Assembly: GCA_963713855.1 (NCBI GenBank)
Contig: OY970209.1
Span: forward strand, 800,001-864,000
Length of the DNA: 64,000 nucleotides
Source of the DNA: an uncultured bacterium
GTDB lineage: Bacteria; Babelota; Babeliae; Babelales; Babelaceae
Reading direction: 5' to 3'
The notes beneath the pieces are model-generated. The model was not told where the DNA came from, did no database searches, and saw only the letters and a list, made by a program, of their open reading frames with translations. Of the stretch, positions 18,922-28,356 are shown piece after piece. Every line of letters starts with the position of its first letter. Position 1 is the first letter of the stretch. The translations under genes were made by a program, and so were the position numbers.

Positions 18922-19605
18922 TTAAGCATCGGATGATTTGCTTTTAAAGTTTCTGGCATTTTGCATCGATTTTTCAGATTCTGGCATAGTGCTTTTTTGT
19001 GGCGCCATAGCTCCAGGTGCTGGGATAAGCTCTTTCCATGCGGAATTTCTATCAATCATGCTTATATTTTTTGCAAACTCCTCTAATTTTTGAAGGAACG
19101 CTCGCCCCAGTGCAACCATTTCTTTTGCTGCCGGTGCAATGCCGCCTAATAAAGATGCATAATGAGGGTCATCAAATGTTTGTGTCATAACGTTTGCGTA
19201 ATGCGTAATAAAAGGCTCGCTTAAGCGCAAGCTCATATAAGTGTCATGACCCATTTTCTTTATTTTTTGCATCAATGATCCCACCATCGGGGCTATTTTC
19301 TGATAGGCTGGATCACGAACCAAGCTAGCCAGGTTACCTTTATGTTTTCTTACAAGATCGAGAACTTGCATAATTTCTTGTGCCTGTTCCATTTCTACAT
19401 TGAATGGCATTCCTCGCATTCCCGCCATTAATGGCATGGAGCCTGTGCCAAGATTTTTGCGCATAAAAGGCTTTGTTCGAGGCCTTAACAGTGATCGAAT
19501 GCGTTCGCCTTTTTTTGAATGTTGCAAGGCTTCTTGAGTCTCGGGCTGCGCGGTCAAAATAGAACTTGCTAAAAGTATAAGGGAAAGAAATACTACCTTA
19601 TTCAT
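18922..19605 (-). CDS. Secreted hypothetical protein
   Basis: AAGGAG RBS, signal peptide; TTGACT-N17-TAAGAT promoter-like sequence upstream. Confidence 0.75.
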   Translation of the reverse strand: MNKVVFLSLILLASSILTAQPETQEALQHSKKGERIRSLLRPRTKPFMRKNLGTGSMPLMAGMRGMPFNVEMEQAQEIMQVLDLVRKHKGNLASLVRDPAYQKIAPMVGSLMQKIKKMGHDTYMSLRLSEPFITHYANVMTQTFDDPHYASLLGGIAPAAKEMVALGRAFLQKLEEFAKNISMIDRNSAWKELIPAPGAMAPQKSTMPESEKSMQNARNFKSKSSDA

Positions 19606-19743
19606 GCTACTCCTTTTGTTTATTTAACAGTAATCTGATCTTAGGAAAAAGAAGTTACGAAAGTCAATCTTTCTTATTATGAATTTATTTGTTGCGTACA
19701 TAAGGGTAAAAAAGCAGTTAATTATAAAATAGGAGCGTTCACT

Positions 19744-20772
19744 ATGGGCTTGAAACGGCTTACCGTACTTGTTATTGGCGGAGCAGGTTATATTGGTTCC
19801 CACGTTGGATGGCTCTGTGTGTCTCAGGGGTATCGGGTTATCATGCTTGATAACGTGAGTGCCAAAACGCGCTATGATTATCCTTGGGCCTTGTGTATAA
19901 AGGGTAACTATGGCGATAGAGCTCTATTGGAGAGCATTTTTAAAGAGTCTGACATTCAAGTGGTCGTACACTGTGCGGCGTATACCCAAGTTCAAGATTC
20001 TGTGACTCGACCCATAGCTTATTATGAAAATAATGTTTCCCATTTTTCAACATTGCTTGATGTTCTATCAAAGCTTAAGACGATGCCCTATTTTCTTTTT
20101 TCTTCCAGCGCAGCTGTCTATGGTGCAACAATGCGCGCATCCATTTCAGAGGATGCTCCTTTAGCTCCGATAAGCCCTTATGGCCGTACTAAACTGATTG
20201 GCGAATGGATGCTTGAAGATTGCAGAAGGGCATATGGCCTGCGATATGTTGCTTTTCGCTACTTTAATGTTGCGGGTGCTCACCCGCAAGAAGGTCTTTT
20301 CGAAGAGCATGTTCCTGAATCCCACCTTATACCGCTTGTATTAAAGGCACTGCGTCAAAAAAGTGCCTTTACCATTTTTGGTACGAATTACCAAACAAAT
20401 GACGGAACAGCTATTCGCGATTATGTACACGTGTTGGATGTTGCTCGCGCGCATGCCATGGCAATAGATTACCTTCAAAAAGGCGGTATGTCTGACGTTT
20501 TTAACATAGGCTCTCAAAGAGGGACTTCTGTGCTTGAAATCATCGCCGAAGCTGAAAAAATAGCCCAATCTAAACTTGGCTGGCGTGCAGGGCCCATGCG
20601 TGCTGGTGATCCTGCCAGTTTGGTTTCTAACTGCGAGAAGGCTGTTCAAAATTTGGGGTGGGTACCCCAAATGAGCACTTTAGAGCTACTTTTAGAAAGT
20701 GCATGGCGGTCATCTGACCCACTTAGCGGTTTAAACGAGAGCGTACGTGAACAAGGCCGATGCACAAGCTAA
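19744..20772 (+). CDS. galE: UDP-glucose 4-epimerase
   Basis: GGAGYIGSH, FSSSAAVYG, SPYGRTK, RYFNVAGA, DGTAIRDYVHV. Confidence 0.95.
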   Translation: MGLKRLTVLVIGGAGYIGSHVGWLCVSQGYRVIMLDNVSAKTRYDYPWALCIKGNYGDRALLESIFKESDIQVVVHCAAYTQVQDSVTRPIAYYENNVSHFSTLLDVLSKLKTMPYFLFSSSAAVYGATMRASISEDAPLAPISPYGRTKLIGEWMLEDCRRAYGLRYVAFRYFNVAGAHPQEGLFEEHVPESHLIPLVLKALRQKSAFTIFGTNYQTNDGTAIRDYVHVLDVARAHAMAIDYLQKGGMSDVFNIGSQRGTSVLEIIAEAEKIAQSKLGWRAGPMRAGDPASLVSNCEKAVQNLGWVPQMSTLELLLESAWRSSDPLSGLNESVREQGRCTS

Positions 20773-22330
20773 TGCCGATAGCCAAGGAGACCCCTATTTG
20801 AAGGCTTAATGGAGATTTATTTAGTATGCCAGCGCATATGAATGCCGCGATAGAGCCAAGAATAGGAATAACGGCGTAGTTAGCTTGTGTAGTTACGTGG
20901 TCTAGGTGGTATGCTTGAGCACTTGTTGAAGCTATAACCATCGCATCTGTAATTGGTGAAACGTGGCTTCCCGCTATTGCGCCTGATATGAGTGCGCCGA
21001 CTACTGGAACGACACCGTACACATAAGTACTCGCTATCGGTGGAGCACCTAGAACATTAACAATGAGGGGCAAAGCGAGTGGTGTCAGAATCATGATCGC
21101 TCCCCATGCTGAGCCTGTGCTTGCAGTTGTAAGTGCTGTTGTTAGAAAGACCACGAGCGGGATGAGAGCTAGGCTTACGGTATGCGATAATAATTTTGCT
21201 ACGTACTCACCAGTATGCAGATCGTCTTTGAGTACGGCTGACAGGGTCCACGCAAGAAGAAGGATTAGCAGAGAGTTTTTCATGAGGTCAAAGCCTTGCC
21301 TACTTAACCTTATAAGTTTTAGGGGCTCTACGCCTTCCAAAAGCATGCGAAGAACGCTTACTGCAAGGGCAATCGCTCCTGCTGCGCAGAGCGCTAAAAC
21401 GCTATTGCCACTCATGAAAGCGTCAACAAGCGTTTGTTTGCCTCCAAAGGGAATCCAGCCGCCTGTATAAAGAATAAGCGTAGCGCATACTACGATAAAT
21501 GCTATAAGCGGCAATACTATGTCGAGCGGTGAACCCACCTTCTCGCCGTCAGCGATAGATCGTTTTGCTAAAGGTATTTTACCGCCAAATAGATTGCCAT
21601 CTATGTTGGCTTGCTCTTCATGGCGCTTCATAAGGCCAAATGAGGCGCCGCTCCACGTTATGTACCAGGCCGTAAAAATACTCAGTACGGGATAAAAGAG
21701 AAACGGGATAACTCCTATGTAAAGGCGAAAAGGGTGAATGACCATGAGCGATTTTGGCATGAGTGTCTTGTGAATACCTGCGGCTTCTAATTGAGTAAGA
21801 ATCATTCCGACCCAGCTGCTTGCCGGAACGAGGACTGCTAAAGGTGCGCTTACTGAATTTAGAAGATATGCAAGCTTTGCTCGTGGTACCTTAAAGTGAT
21901 CAGTAACAGGTCTCATGATTGAGCCCACCATAAGCGCGTTTAGGTAGTCGTCGACAAAGAATAAACAGGATAACCCCAAAGAGGTCAACTGGGCTTGGCG
22001 GGCCGTTTTTAGGCGATGCAGTAATCGCTTTGTATAAACGTGGAGCCCCCCGCTATGGGTCATACATTCGATAAGGACTCCTAAAAAAATAAGAAACCCG
22101 AACATGAATATTTTGTCATATCGGCCGGTTTGATAGGCTAAGTCAGGTAGGCCAGTTTGGTCTAAAATGCGCACCACTGCTAGATAAAAGGCCTTCCAGA
22201 GCGAAAAGTTACTTGCTATAAAAGTTGCTGATAGAATACCACCTGCTAGAGAGAGCAGCACATTGCGGGTTGTTAGGGCCAAGATGAAAATTAAAAGGGG
22301 TGGAAGTAATACTATTGCGCCAGTGTCCAT
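20723..22330 (-). CDS. Na+/H+ antiporter NhaC-family membrane transporter
   Basis: FVDDYLN...MRPVTD...KLAYLL, SSWVG, TGSAWG, GSHVSPITD, HLDHV; many TM helices. Confidence 0.88.
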   Translation of the reverse strand: MDTGAIVLLPPLLIFILALTTRNVLLSLAGGILSATFIASNFSLWKAFYLAVVRILDQTGLPDLAYQTGRYDKIFMFGFLIFLGVLIECMTHSGGLHVYTKRLLHRLKTARQAQLTSLGLSCLFFVDDYLNALMVGSIMRPVTDHFKVPRAKLAYLLNSVSAPLAVLVPASSWVGMILTQLEAAGIHKTLMPKSLMVIHPFRLYIGVIPFLFYPVLSIFTAWYITWSGASFGLMKRHEEQANIDGNLFGGKIPLAKRSIADGEKVGSPLDIVLPLIAFIVVCATLILYTGGWIPFGGKQTLVDAFMSGNSVLALCAAGAIALAVSVLRMLLEGVEPLKLIRLSRQGFDLMKNSLLILLLAWTLSAVLKDDLHTGEYVAKLLSHTVSLALIPLVVFLTTALTTASTGSAWGAIMILTPLALPLIVNVLGAPPIASTYVYGVVPVVGALISGAIAGSHVSPITDAMVIASTSAQAYHLDHVTTQANYAVIPILGSIAAFICAGILNKSPLSLQIGVSLAIGISLCIGLVHVRSRLNR

Positions 22331-22468
22331 AGATTGAAACTCGCTTCTTGTGTTGACCAAGTTGACCAATTATGCTTTTTGCTTTACTATTGTAACATAT
22401 ATCTAGGATATAAAGATATCCAATAGACAAGTTTTTTGTAAGCATGGAGCGCATTCAAGGTAAAACAT

Positions 22469-22891
22469 ATGAGTATGAATAAGATTTTTTTTCTTCGCAC
22501 TGAGGATAGAGTACCCGCTTGGCGCTTAATTGATGCCTCTGGCCAAATTGTAGGTCGCCTTGCTACGCAGATTGCTGATACTTTAAGAGGCAAAAATAAA
22601 GCTGCTTATACCCCGCATTGTGACGCAGGTGATTATGTTGTGGTTATTAATGCTGAAAAAATAGTCTTTACCGGCGATAAGATGCGCGATAAAGAGTATG
22701 TTTGGCATACGGGCTATATCGGCGGCCAGAAAAAGCTAACAGCACGCCAAGTGATGGACAAAGCACCTGAGCGCATTCTTATGCACGCCGTCAAAGGCAT
22801 GCTTGGCTCGAGTAAGCTGGCTCGTGCACAGCTTAAAAAACTGCGCATTTATAAGGGCTCCTTACATCCCCATGAAGCTCAAGTAGCTTAA
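22469..22891 (+). CDS. rplM: 50S ribosomal protein L13
   Basis: WRLIDASGQIVGRLA, YTPHCDAGDYVVVINAEK, HPHEAQ. Confidence 0.97.
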   Translation: MSMNKIFFLRTEDRVPAWRLIDASGQIVGRLATQIADTLRGKNKAAYTPHCDAGDYVVVINAEKIVFTGDKMRDKEYVWHTGYIGGQKKLTARQVMDKAPERILMHAVKGMLGSSKLARAQLKKLRIYKGSLHPHEAQVA

Positions 22892-22905
22892 AAAAGAGTT
22901 TTTAG

Positions 22906-22941
22906 ATATTAAAGGCAGGTCACTGGACCTGCCTTTAATAT
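22906..22941. terminator. Bidirectional terminator
   Basis: atattaaaggcaggtc-actg-gacctgcctttaatat perfect inverted repeat. Confidence 0.85.
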
Positions 22942-22943
22942 TG

Positions 22944-23129
22944 CTATATGGGAGGAATTGGTCCCTTGCGATTGAAGAGTTTCATGACAAATGAAAGCGC
23001 GAAAAGGGCAAGGAAGATAAAGAAAACAATCTTTGCCATTCCGCTAGCTGTAGCAGCAATACCGGTAAACCCAAGTACACCTGCTATAATAGCTATAATA
23101 AGAAATATAAGTGCCCAATCAAGCATCAT
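22944..23129 (-). CDS. DUF1328 (UPF0391/YtjA-like) small membrane protein
   Basis: [24 protein letters not shown]...AKIVFFIFL. Confidence 0.9.
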   Translation of the reverse strand: MMLDWALIFLIIAIIAGVLGFTGIAATASGMAKIVFFIFLALFALSFVMKLFNRKGPIPPI

Positions 23130-23541
23130 TAGGTGTTCTCCTTTATAAAGTACCTAGCTTAAGGTGTAAACTATTTATACTATATTAGTCAATAGTTTTA
23201 GCCATGCGGTGTCAATCACTATCAAATCTAACATCTAGTAAATTGCTCGTCCTACGAGCTAAAAGAGCTTTTTTTACCTTTTTTACCTGCTTTAACGTTT
23301 AGACTTTTTTTGAAAGCTTAATGTCGAACGCAAAACACGGCTTTGCGCGAATGGAGAAAACGCGTTGACAAGCAAGGTAAAGGATGGTAGGTTTTCGAAG
23401 GCCAAAAAAGCCACTCAAACATCAAGAATAATAAGAAGGTTTAAGTCAAAGATCGTTTTTTAGTAACGATTTGATCGATGACCATTACTGCAGATGCATG
23501 TCGAGCTGAAGCTGACGGTTTTTGTGGGAGGAATGTGGAAA

Positions 23542-25830
23542 ATGACTCTTTCAAGAGCTCTAATTTATCGGTATACTTTTTTGTTCTCTTTACTATTATC
23601 GTTAAGCTGTGCCGGGTGCCCGTCGTTATCTGGAAACAGCTATCCATTACCTTCTGGCTCTACCCCATATCAAGCTGCATTTTCACCAAACGGTTTATAT
23701 ATCGCTGTCGCTAACGGTGCTTCAAGTAATGTTACGGTATTTACCGTGGGCACTGGAGGAGCTCTTAGTAATGGCATCTCATACGCATTGCCTGGTGGCT
23801 CGGCCCAGCCAGATTGGTTGGCCTTTTCTGCTGACGGAAAGTATTTGGCGACGTCAAATTTTCTCTCAAATGATGTGACGATATTTACTGTAGGGACGGA
23901 TGGAACCTTAAGTAATGGTATATCTTATCCATTGCCGGGCGGTTCCGTTAATCCTTTTTCAATAGCATTTTCTCCAAATGGATCCTACTTGGCCACTGCT
24001 AATTTCAATGGGTCCAATAATGTAACAATATTTAGTGTAGGAGCGGGAGGTGTTCTGAGTGCCGGGACTTCCTACCCATTGCCCGGAGGGTCGTCCCTTG
24101 CTCGATCGATTGCGTTTTCGCCGTCAGGTAATAATCTTATCTGCGTCAATCAAAATTCTAATGATGTAACAGTCTTTAATGTTGGCACTGGTGGTGTTTT
24201 AAGCGGAGCAACATCGTATCCACTGCCATCGGGTGCAGCTGCTCCTCTTACCGCAGCATTCTCACCAGATGGAAACTATCTAGCTGTCTCAAACTTCAAT
24301 TCAGCTAACGTCACCGTATTCACTGTTGGATCTGGCGGAGCTTTAAGTGGGGGAGTTTCTTATGCGGTGCCGTCAGGCTCAATGAATCCGCAGGGTGCTG
24401 CATTTTCACCTAACGGGGCTTATTTTGTTTGCTCGAATGTAGGCTCAAATGACGTGACTATATTTAGCGTGTCCGCAGGCGGTATATTGACCAATGGAGC
24501 ATCGTACGCTTTACCTTCTGGTAGCCTTTATCCAGCAGCCGTGGCATTCTCCCCAAACGGTTTTTATCTTGTCACTGCTAATTATAGTTCAAGCAATACC
24601 ACGCTTATGATGCTTGAATGTCCAAACCAGTCGGTGCCTTTGGGTTCAGGAAATTCATATTCGTTACCAGCGGGATCGGTGCAACCCATTTCTGTAACGT
24701 TTTCAGATGATGGATCATACCTTGCCTCTGCAAACTATAAATCAAATGATATAACCCTTTTTCCTCTTAGCCAAAGCAATAACTTGATAACGTTTGGAAG
24801 CGGTACTTCCTATGCCCTTCCAACGAATTCATCGAGTCCCTCTTTCGTTGCTTTTTCGCATAGTACAGCATACTTAGCGACAGCAAATAGCCAGTCAAAT
24901 GACGTTACTTTGTTCAAGATAACAGCAGGACAATTGGTAGGTGGAACCTCATATCCATTACCTCTAAATGCTACGAATCCTGCCGCGCTTGAATTTTCCC
25001 CTGATGATTCTTATTTAGCCGTTGCTGTAAGAAACTCTCATAATGTAATCGTATTTCCGGTCGCAGGAGGGTCGTTATCGGGAGCGACTATGTTTACGCT
25101 GCCTCTTAACTCTTTTAATCCATCATCGATCGCTTTTACGCCTGATGGCATGTATCTGGCTACAGCGAATAGTGGTTCAAACGATGTTACGCTCTTTAAG
25201 TTTTCTAATGGCATACTAAGTGGTGTGAGATCTCAGTCCTTGCCAAACGGATCGCGGCAACCACAGTCATTAGTTTTTTTACCCGAAGCTTCCGGTAATG
25301 TGCTTCTTTTGACTTGTAATAGCGCCTCAAATGACGTGACCCTTTTCAAGTTGGATGCAGGATCGATTGCTAATGGAACATCATACCCTCTGCCTTCAGG
25401 TGACTTCAATCCTCAAGCAATTACAGGCTCATCGGACGGATCTCATTGTGCTACTGCGAACAGTGGTTCGAATGACATCACCCTCTTTACAATTATAGGT
25501 GGCTCTCTTAGTCAGGGTACATCGTATGCCTTACCAGGTACTTCTACCGATTGCGTAGGGATAGCATTTTCAGAAGATGGGACCTCTGTTGCGACAGCAA
25601 ATTTTGGATCAAATGATGTGTCACTTATTCCAATCATAAGTGGCGGAGGTGGATCTGACTCTCTGCCATTAGGCGTCATTATAGGTACCACAGTGGGTGT
25701 TCCGTTAAGTATCGGTTTCTTGGTGATAGTAGGTGGGACGGTCTCGTGCTTGCTTTATAAGTATTTACATTATTACAGACATAAAGGCACTGTTAATTTT
25801 AGCGGTGATGAGCTTTCTAACACCCTTTGA
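23542..25830 (+). CDS. Secreted double beta-propeller (14 repeats) with C-terminal TM and short tail
   Basis: Same ~48-aa repeat as 13505; C-terminal LGVIIGTTVGVPLSIGFLVIVGGTVSCLLY followed by basic residues. Start chosen by GGAGG RBS. Confidence 0.88.
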   Translation: MTLSRALIYRYTFLFSLLLSLSCAGCPSLSGNSYPLPSGSTPYQAAFSPNGLYIAVANGASSNVTVFTVGTGGALSNGISYALPGGSAQPDWLAFSADGKYLATSNFLSNDVTIFTVGTDGTLSNGISYPLPGGSVNPFSIAFSPNGSYLATANFNGSNNVTIFSVGAGGVLSAGTSYPLPGGSSLARSIAFSPSGNNLICVNQNSNDVTVFNVGTGGVLSGATSYPLPSGAAAPLTAAFSPDGNYLAVSNFNSANVTVFTVGSGGALSGGVSYAVPSGSMNPQGAAFSPNGAYFVCSNVGSNDVTIFSVSAGGILTNGASYALPSGSLYPAAVAFSPNGFYLVTANYSSSNTTLMMLECPNQSVPLGSGNSYSLPAGSVQPISVTFSDDGSYLASANYKSNDITLFPLSQSNNLITFGSGTSYALPTNSSSPSFVAFSHSTAYLATANSQSNDVTLFKITAGQLVGGTSYPLPLNATNPAALEFSPDDSYLAVAVRNSHNVIVFPVAGGSLSGATMFTLPLNSFNPSSIAFTPDGMYLATANSGSNDVTLFKFSNGILSGVRSQSLPNGSRQPQSLVFLPEASGNVLLLTCNSASNDVTLFKLDAGSIANGTSYPLPSGDFNPQAITGSSDGSHCATANSGSNDITLFTIIGGSLSQGTSYALPGTSTDCVGIAFSEDGTSVATANFGSNDVSLIPIISGGGGSDSLPLGVIIGTTVGVPLSIGFLVIVGGTVSCLLYKYLHYYRHKGTVNFSGDELSNTL

Positions 25831-26053
25831 AATAGCACAATCTTCCATCGTTTTCCAATCAATGCTCCCTCAAAATTCCATAAGTGTGATGCTAATGAGC
25901 CAAGAACTTTAGTAAAATCTGGTTTTATAGAAAACTTCCCGTTAATTGTTTTCCTCGAGTAGTATAGAACCCCATCGTGGTTTAAGTATTGACTTATTTG
26001 GCCTTTTTGCCTAATGCTAATAAGAGTCGATATTTGCTAATTGATGGAAAGAC

Positions 26054-27232
26054 ATGAAATATAGCACGTTTTTTGGCGTAGTAGTAATTGCATTTGTAGT
26101 TGGTTGTTCATTCACTGGGCAAGAGCCAGAGGATTTTTTTCAAAAGCTGTTAAGCCATGCAGACATCAAAATTAACGGTGATAGGCCCTGGGATATTACG
26201 GTGCACAACAACGAACTCTATGCGCGCGTATTACGTGATGGCTCTCTAGGCCTTGGTGAAGCTTACATGGATGGTTGGTGGGACTGCCCTTCGTTGGATG
26301 AGTTCTTCTTTCGTGTATTGCGAGCCCGTATGGATGAAAAAATGAGCTGGAATTGGCCGACCTTATTTATGTTTTTAAAGGCCAAGCTTCTTAATTTGCA
26401 AACATCAAATCGTGCTTTTGAGGTTGGTCAAAAACACTACGATTTAGGGAATGACCTTTTTGAGCGTATGCTTGATAAGCGGCTTGTGTATTCGTGTGGG
26501 TATTGGGACGGTGTTGCAGACCTTGATCTTGCACAGGAAAAAAAACTCGATCTTATTTGCCGTAAGCTTAATTTAGAGCCGGGCATGACGGTGCTTGATA
26601 TCGGTTGCGGGTGGGCCAGTTTTGCCTGTTACGCTGCTCAAAAATACGGTGTACACGTGACTGGTGTGACAATCTCAAAAGAGCAAGTTTTATATGCACA
26701 AGAACTTTGCAGGGGACTTCCAGTCGAGATACGCTTACAGGACTATAGAGAGATTCAAGGTACTTTTGACCGCGTTGTGAGTGTTGGCATGTTCGAGCAT
26801 GTTGGTCACAAAAATTATACTGAATTTATGAAAGTTGTTTCGCGATGCCTTAAAGATGATGGCCTTGCGTTACTCCATACTATTGGAAACAACGTAACAA
26901 CCAATACACCAGACACTTGGATTACGAAATATATTTTTCCTAACGGTGCTTTGCCATCTATGACGCAGATAAGTAGCGCTATAGAGGGATTTTTTATCAT
27001 GGAAGACTGGCATAACTTTGGTGCAGATTATGATAGAACGCTTATGGCATGGTTTGATCGTTTTAATGAGGCGTGGCCCTCGCTTAGTAAAAAGTATGAC
27101 GATCGTTTTTATCGTATGTGGAAATATTACTTGCTCTCATGTGCGGGCCTCTTTAGAGCTCGTGCAGCTCAGCTTTGGCAACTCGTTTTATCTAAAAATG
27201 GTCTTTTAGGGGGTTATAAATCCCCTCGTTAG
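26054..27232 (+). CDS. cfa: Cyclopropane-fatty-acyl-phospholipid synthase
   Basis: GSLGLGEAYMDGWW, HYDLGNDLF, YSCGYW, VLDIGCGW, SVGMFEHVG, YIFPNG. Confidence 0.95.
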   Translation: MKYSTFFGVVVIAFVVGCSFTGQEPEDFFQKLLSHADIKINGDRPWDITVHNNELYARVLRDGSLGLGEAYMDGWWDCPSLDEFFFRVLRARMDEKMSWNWPTLFMFLKAKLLNLQTSNRAFEVGQKHYDLGNDLFERMLDKRLVYSCGYWDGVADLDLAQEKKLDLICRKLNLEPGMTVLDIGCGWASFACYAAQKYGVHVTGVTISKEQVLYAQELCRGLPVEIRLQDYREIQGTFDRVVSVGMFEHVGHKNYTEFMKVVSRCLKDDGLALLHTIGNNVTTNTPDTWITKYIFPNGALPSMTQISSAIEGFFIMEDWHNFGADYDRTLMAWFDRFNEAWPSLSKKYDDRFYRMWKYYLLSCAGLFRARAAQLWQLVLSKNGLLGGYKSPR

Positions 27233-27299
27233 ATTGACTTTTAAAATCTACTAATGGTAGCGTAGGCCTGATGTTTATTTTTGAAAAAAAGGAAGAACA

Positions 27300-28097
27300 A
27301 TGAGGCAGTATGCTTTTTGGGGTATGGTACATCTTGCATGTACTTTAGCACATGGCGGTTTTACGGTTGATGAAAAAGATCTTTCAAGATCGCTCAAGGG
27401 CTTTTCACGAGAACAGGTCGATAAAGCAATAATTGAGATAGAAAAACGAGAAGCAAAGTTTTCAGCAGATGCTTCTTGGATGTACTATCCAGAGATTGCA
27501 AAACTCATTAAGCAAATTAAGCCGCTACCTGGAAAAAAGCTCCAGGGTGCTGAAATAGGTGTACTTTACGGCGGAAATACCGAATGGTTGCTTGATAATG
27601 CTGAACCTGATCTTCTAGGAAAGATTTATAGCATAGACTCGTACGATAGAGACTTTTTTAAAGATGCTGCACTCGCAGAAGTTTTGTACCTTAAAACGAG
27701 AAAAAAATTACAAAGGTTTGGTAAGCGCTGTGAGCTTATGCGTCTGTCTTCCCAAACTGCAATGACTAGGTTTGGCGATCAGTCCTTGGATTTTGTTTTT
27801 ATAGACGGTGACCATTCTTATGATGCTGTGCGCAACGATCTCAAATGGATTCACAAAGTGCGCGCAGACGGGCTTTTAATTGGTGACGATTATCATAAAT
27901 CGACATCTGGTGTGATACGAGCTGTAGATGAGTTTTGTAAAAAAAATCACTACAAGCTTAATCGTGCTGGTAACGATAACAGAATTTGGTGGATACAAAA
28001 GACGGCACAAGTAAAGCAAGTAAAGCACCACAAAAACAAACATCAATCAAAAAAGAAAAAAGAAAAAACGAAGCCCGGTTGCGGTTGCAACAAATAA
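27300..28097 (+). CDS. Class I SAM methyltransferase (Methyltransf_24-like) with signal peptide
   Basis: GAEIGVLYGG, SLDFVFIDGDHSYDAV, GLLIGDDY, GVIRAVDEF. Confidence 0.85.
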   Translation: MRQYAFWGMVHLACTLAHGGFTVDEKDLSRSLKGFSREQVDKAIIEIEKREAKFSADASWMYYPEIAKLIKQIKPLPGKKLQGAEIGVLYGGNTEWLLDNAEPDLLGKIYSIDSYDRDFFKDAALAEVLYLKTRKKLQRFGKRCELMRLSSQTAMTRFGDQSLDFVFIDGDHSYDAVRNDLKWIHKVRADGLLIGDDYHKSTSGVIRAVDEFCKKNHYKLNRAGNDNRIWWIQKTAQVKQVKHHKNKHQSKKKKEKTKPGCGCNK

Positions 28098-28356
28098 TAG
28101 AATAGAGCTCCAATTTCTTGAGGGTAGAAGTATAAGAACTTCTACCCTTTTTTACTTTAAAATGCTCGATGCCGTACTATATCAAACCTCATTTTAAGGT
28201 ATTACTATTAAAATCTCTGAATGGTATTTCGTGTAAAGAGATTTGCATTTTTTATTCGATGAATAAAGGCCACATTTGCAATATTATATCTCATTAGTAA
28301 AATAATTATGGGAAATAATTTTTTTTGGTAATCGTCTGTTGAACGGAGATTTTAGG

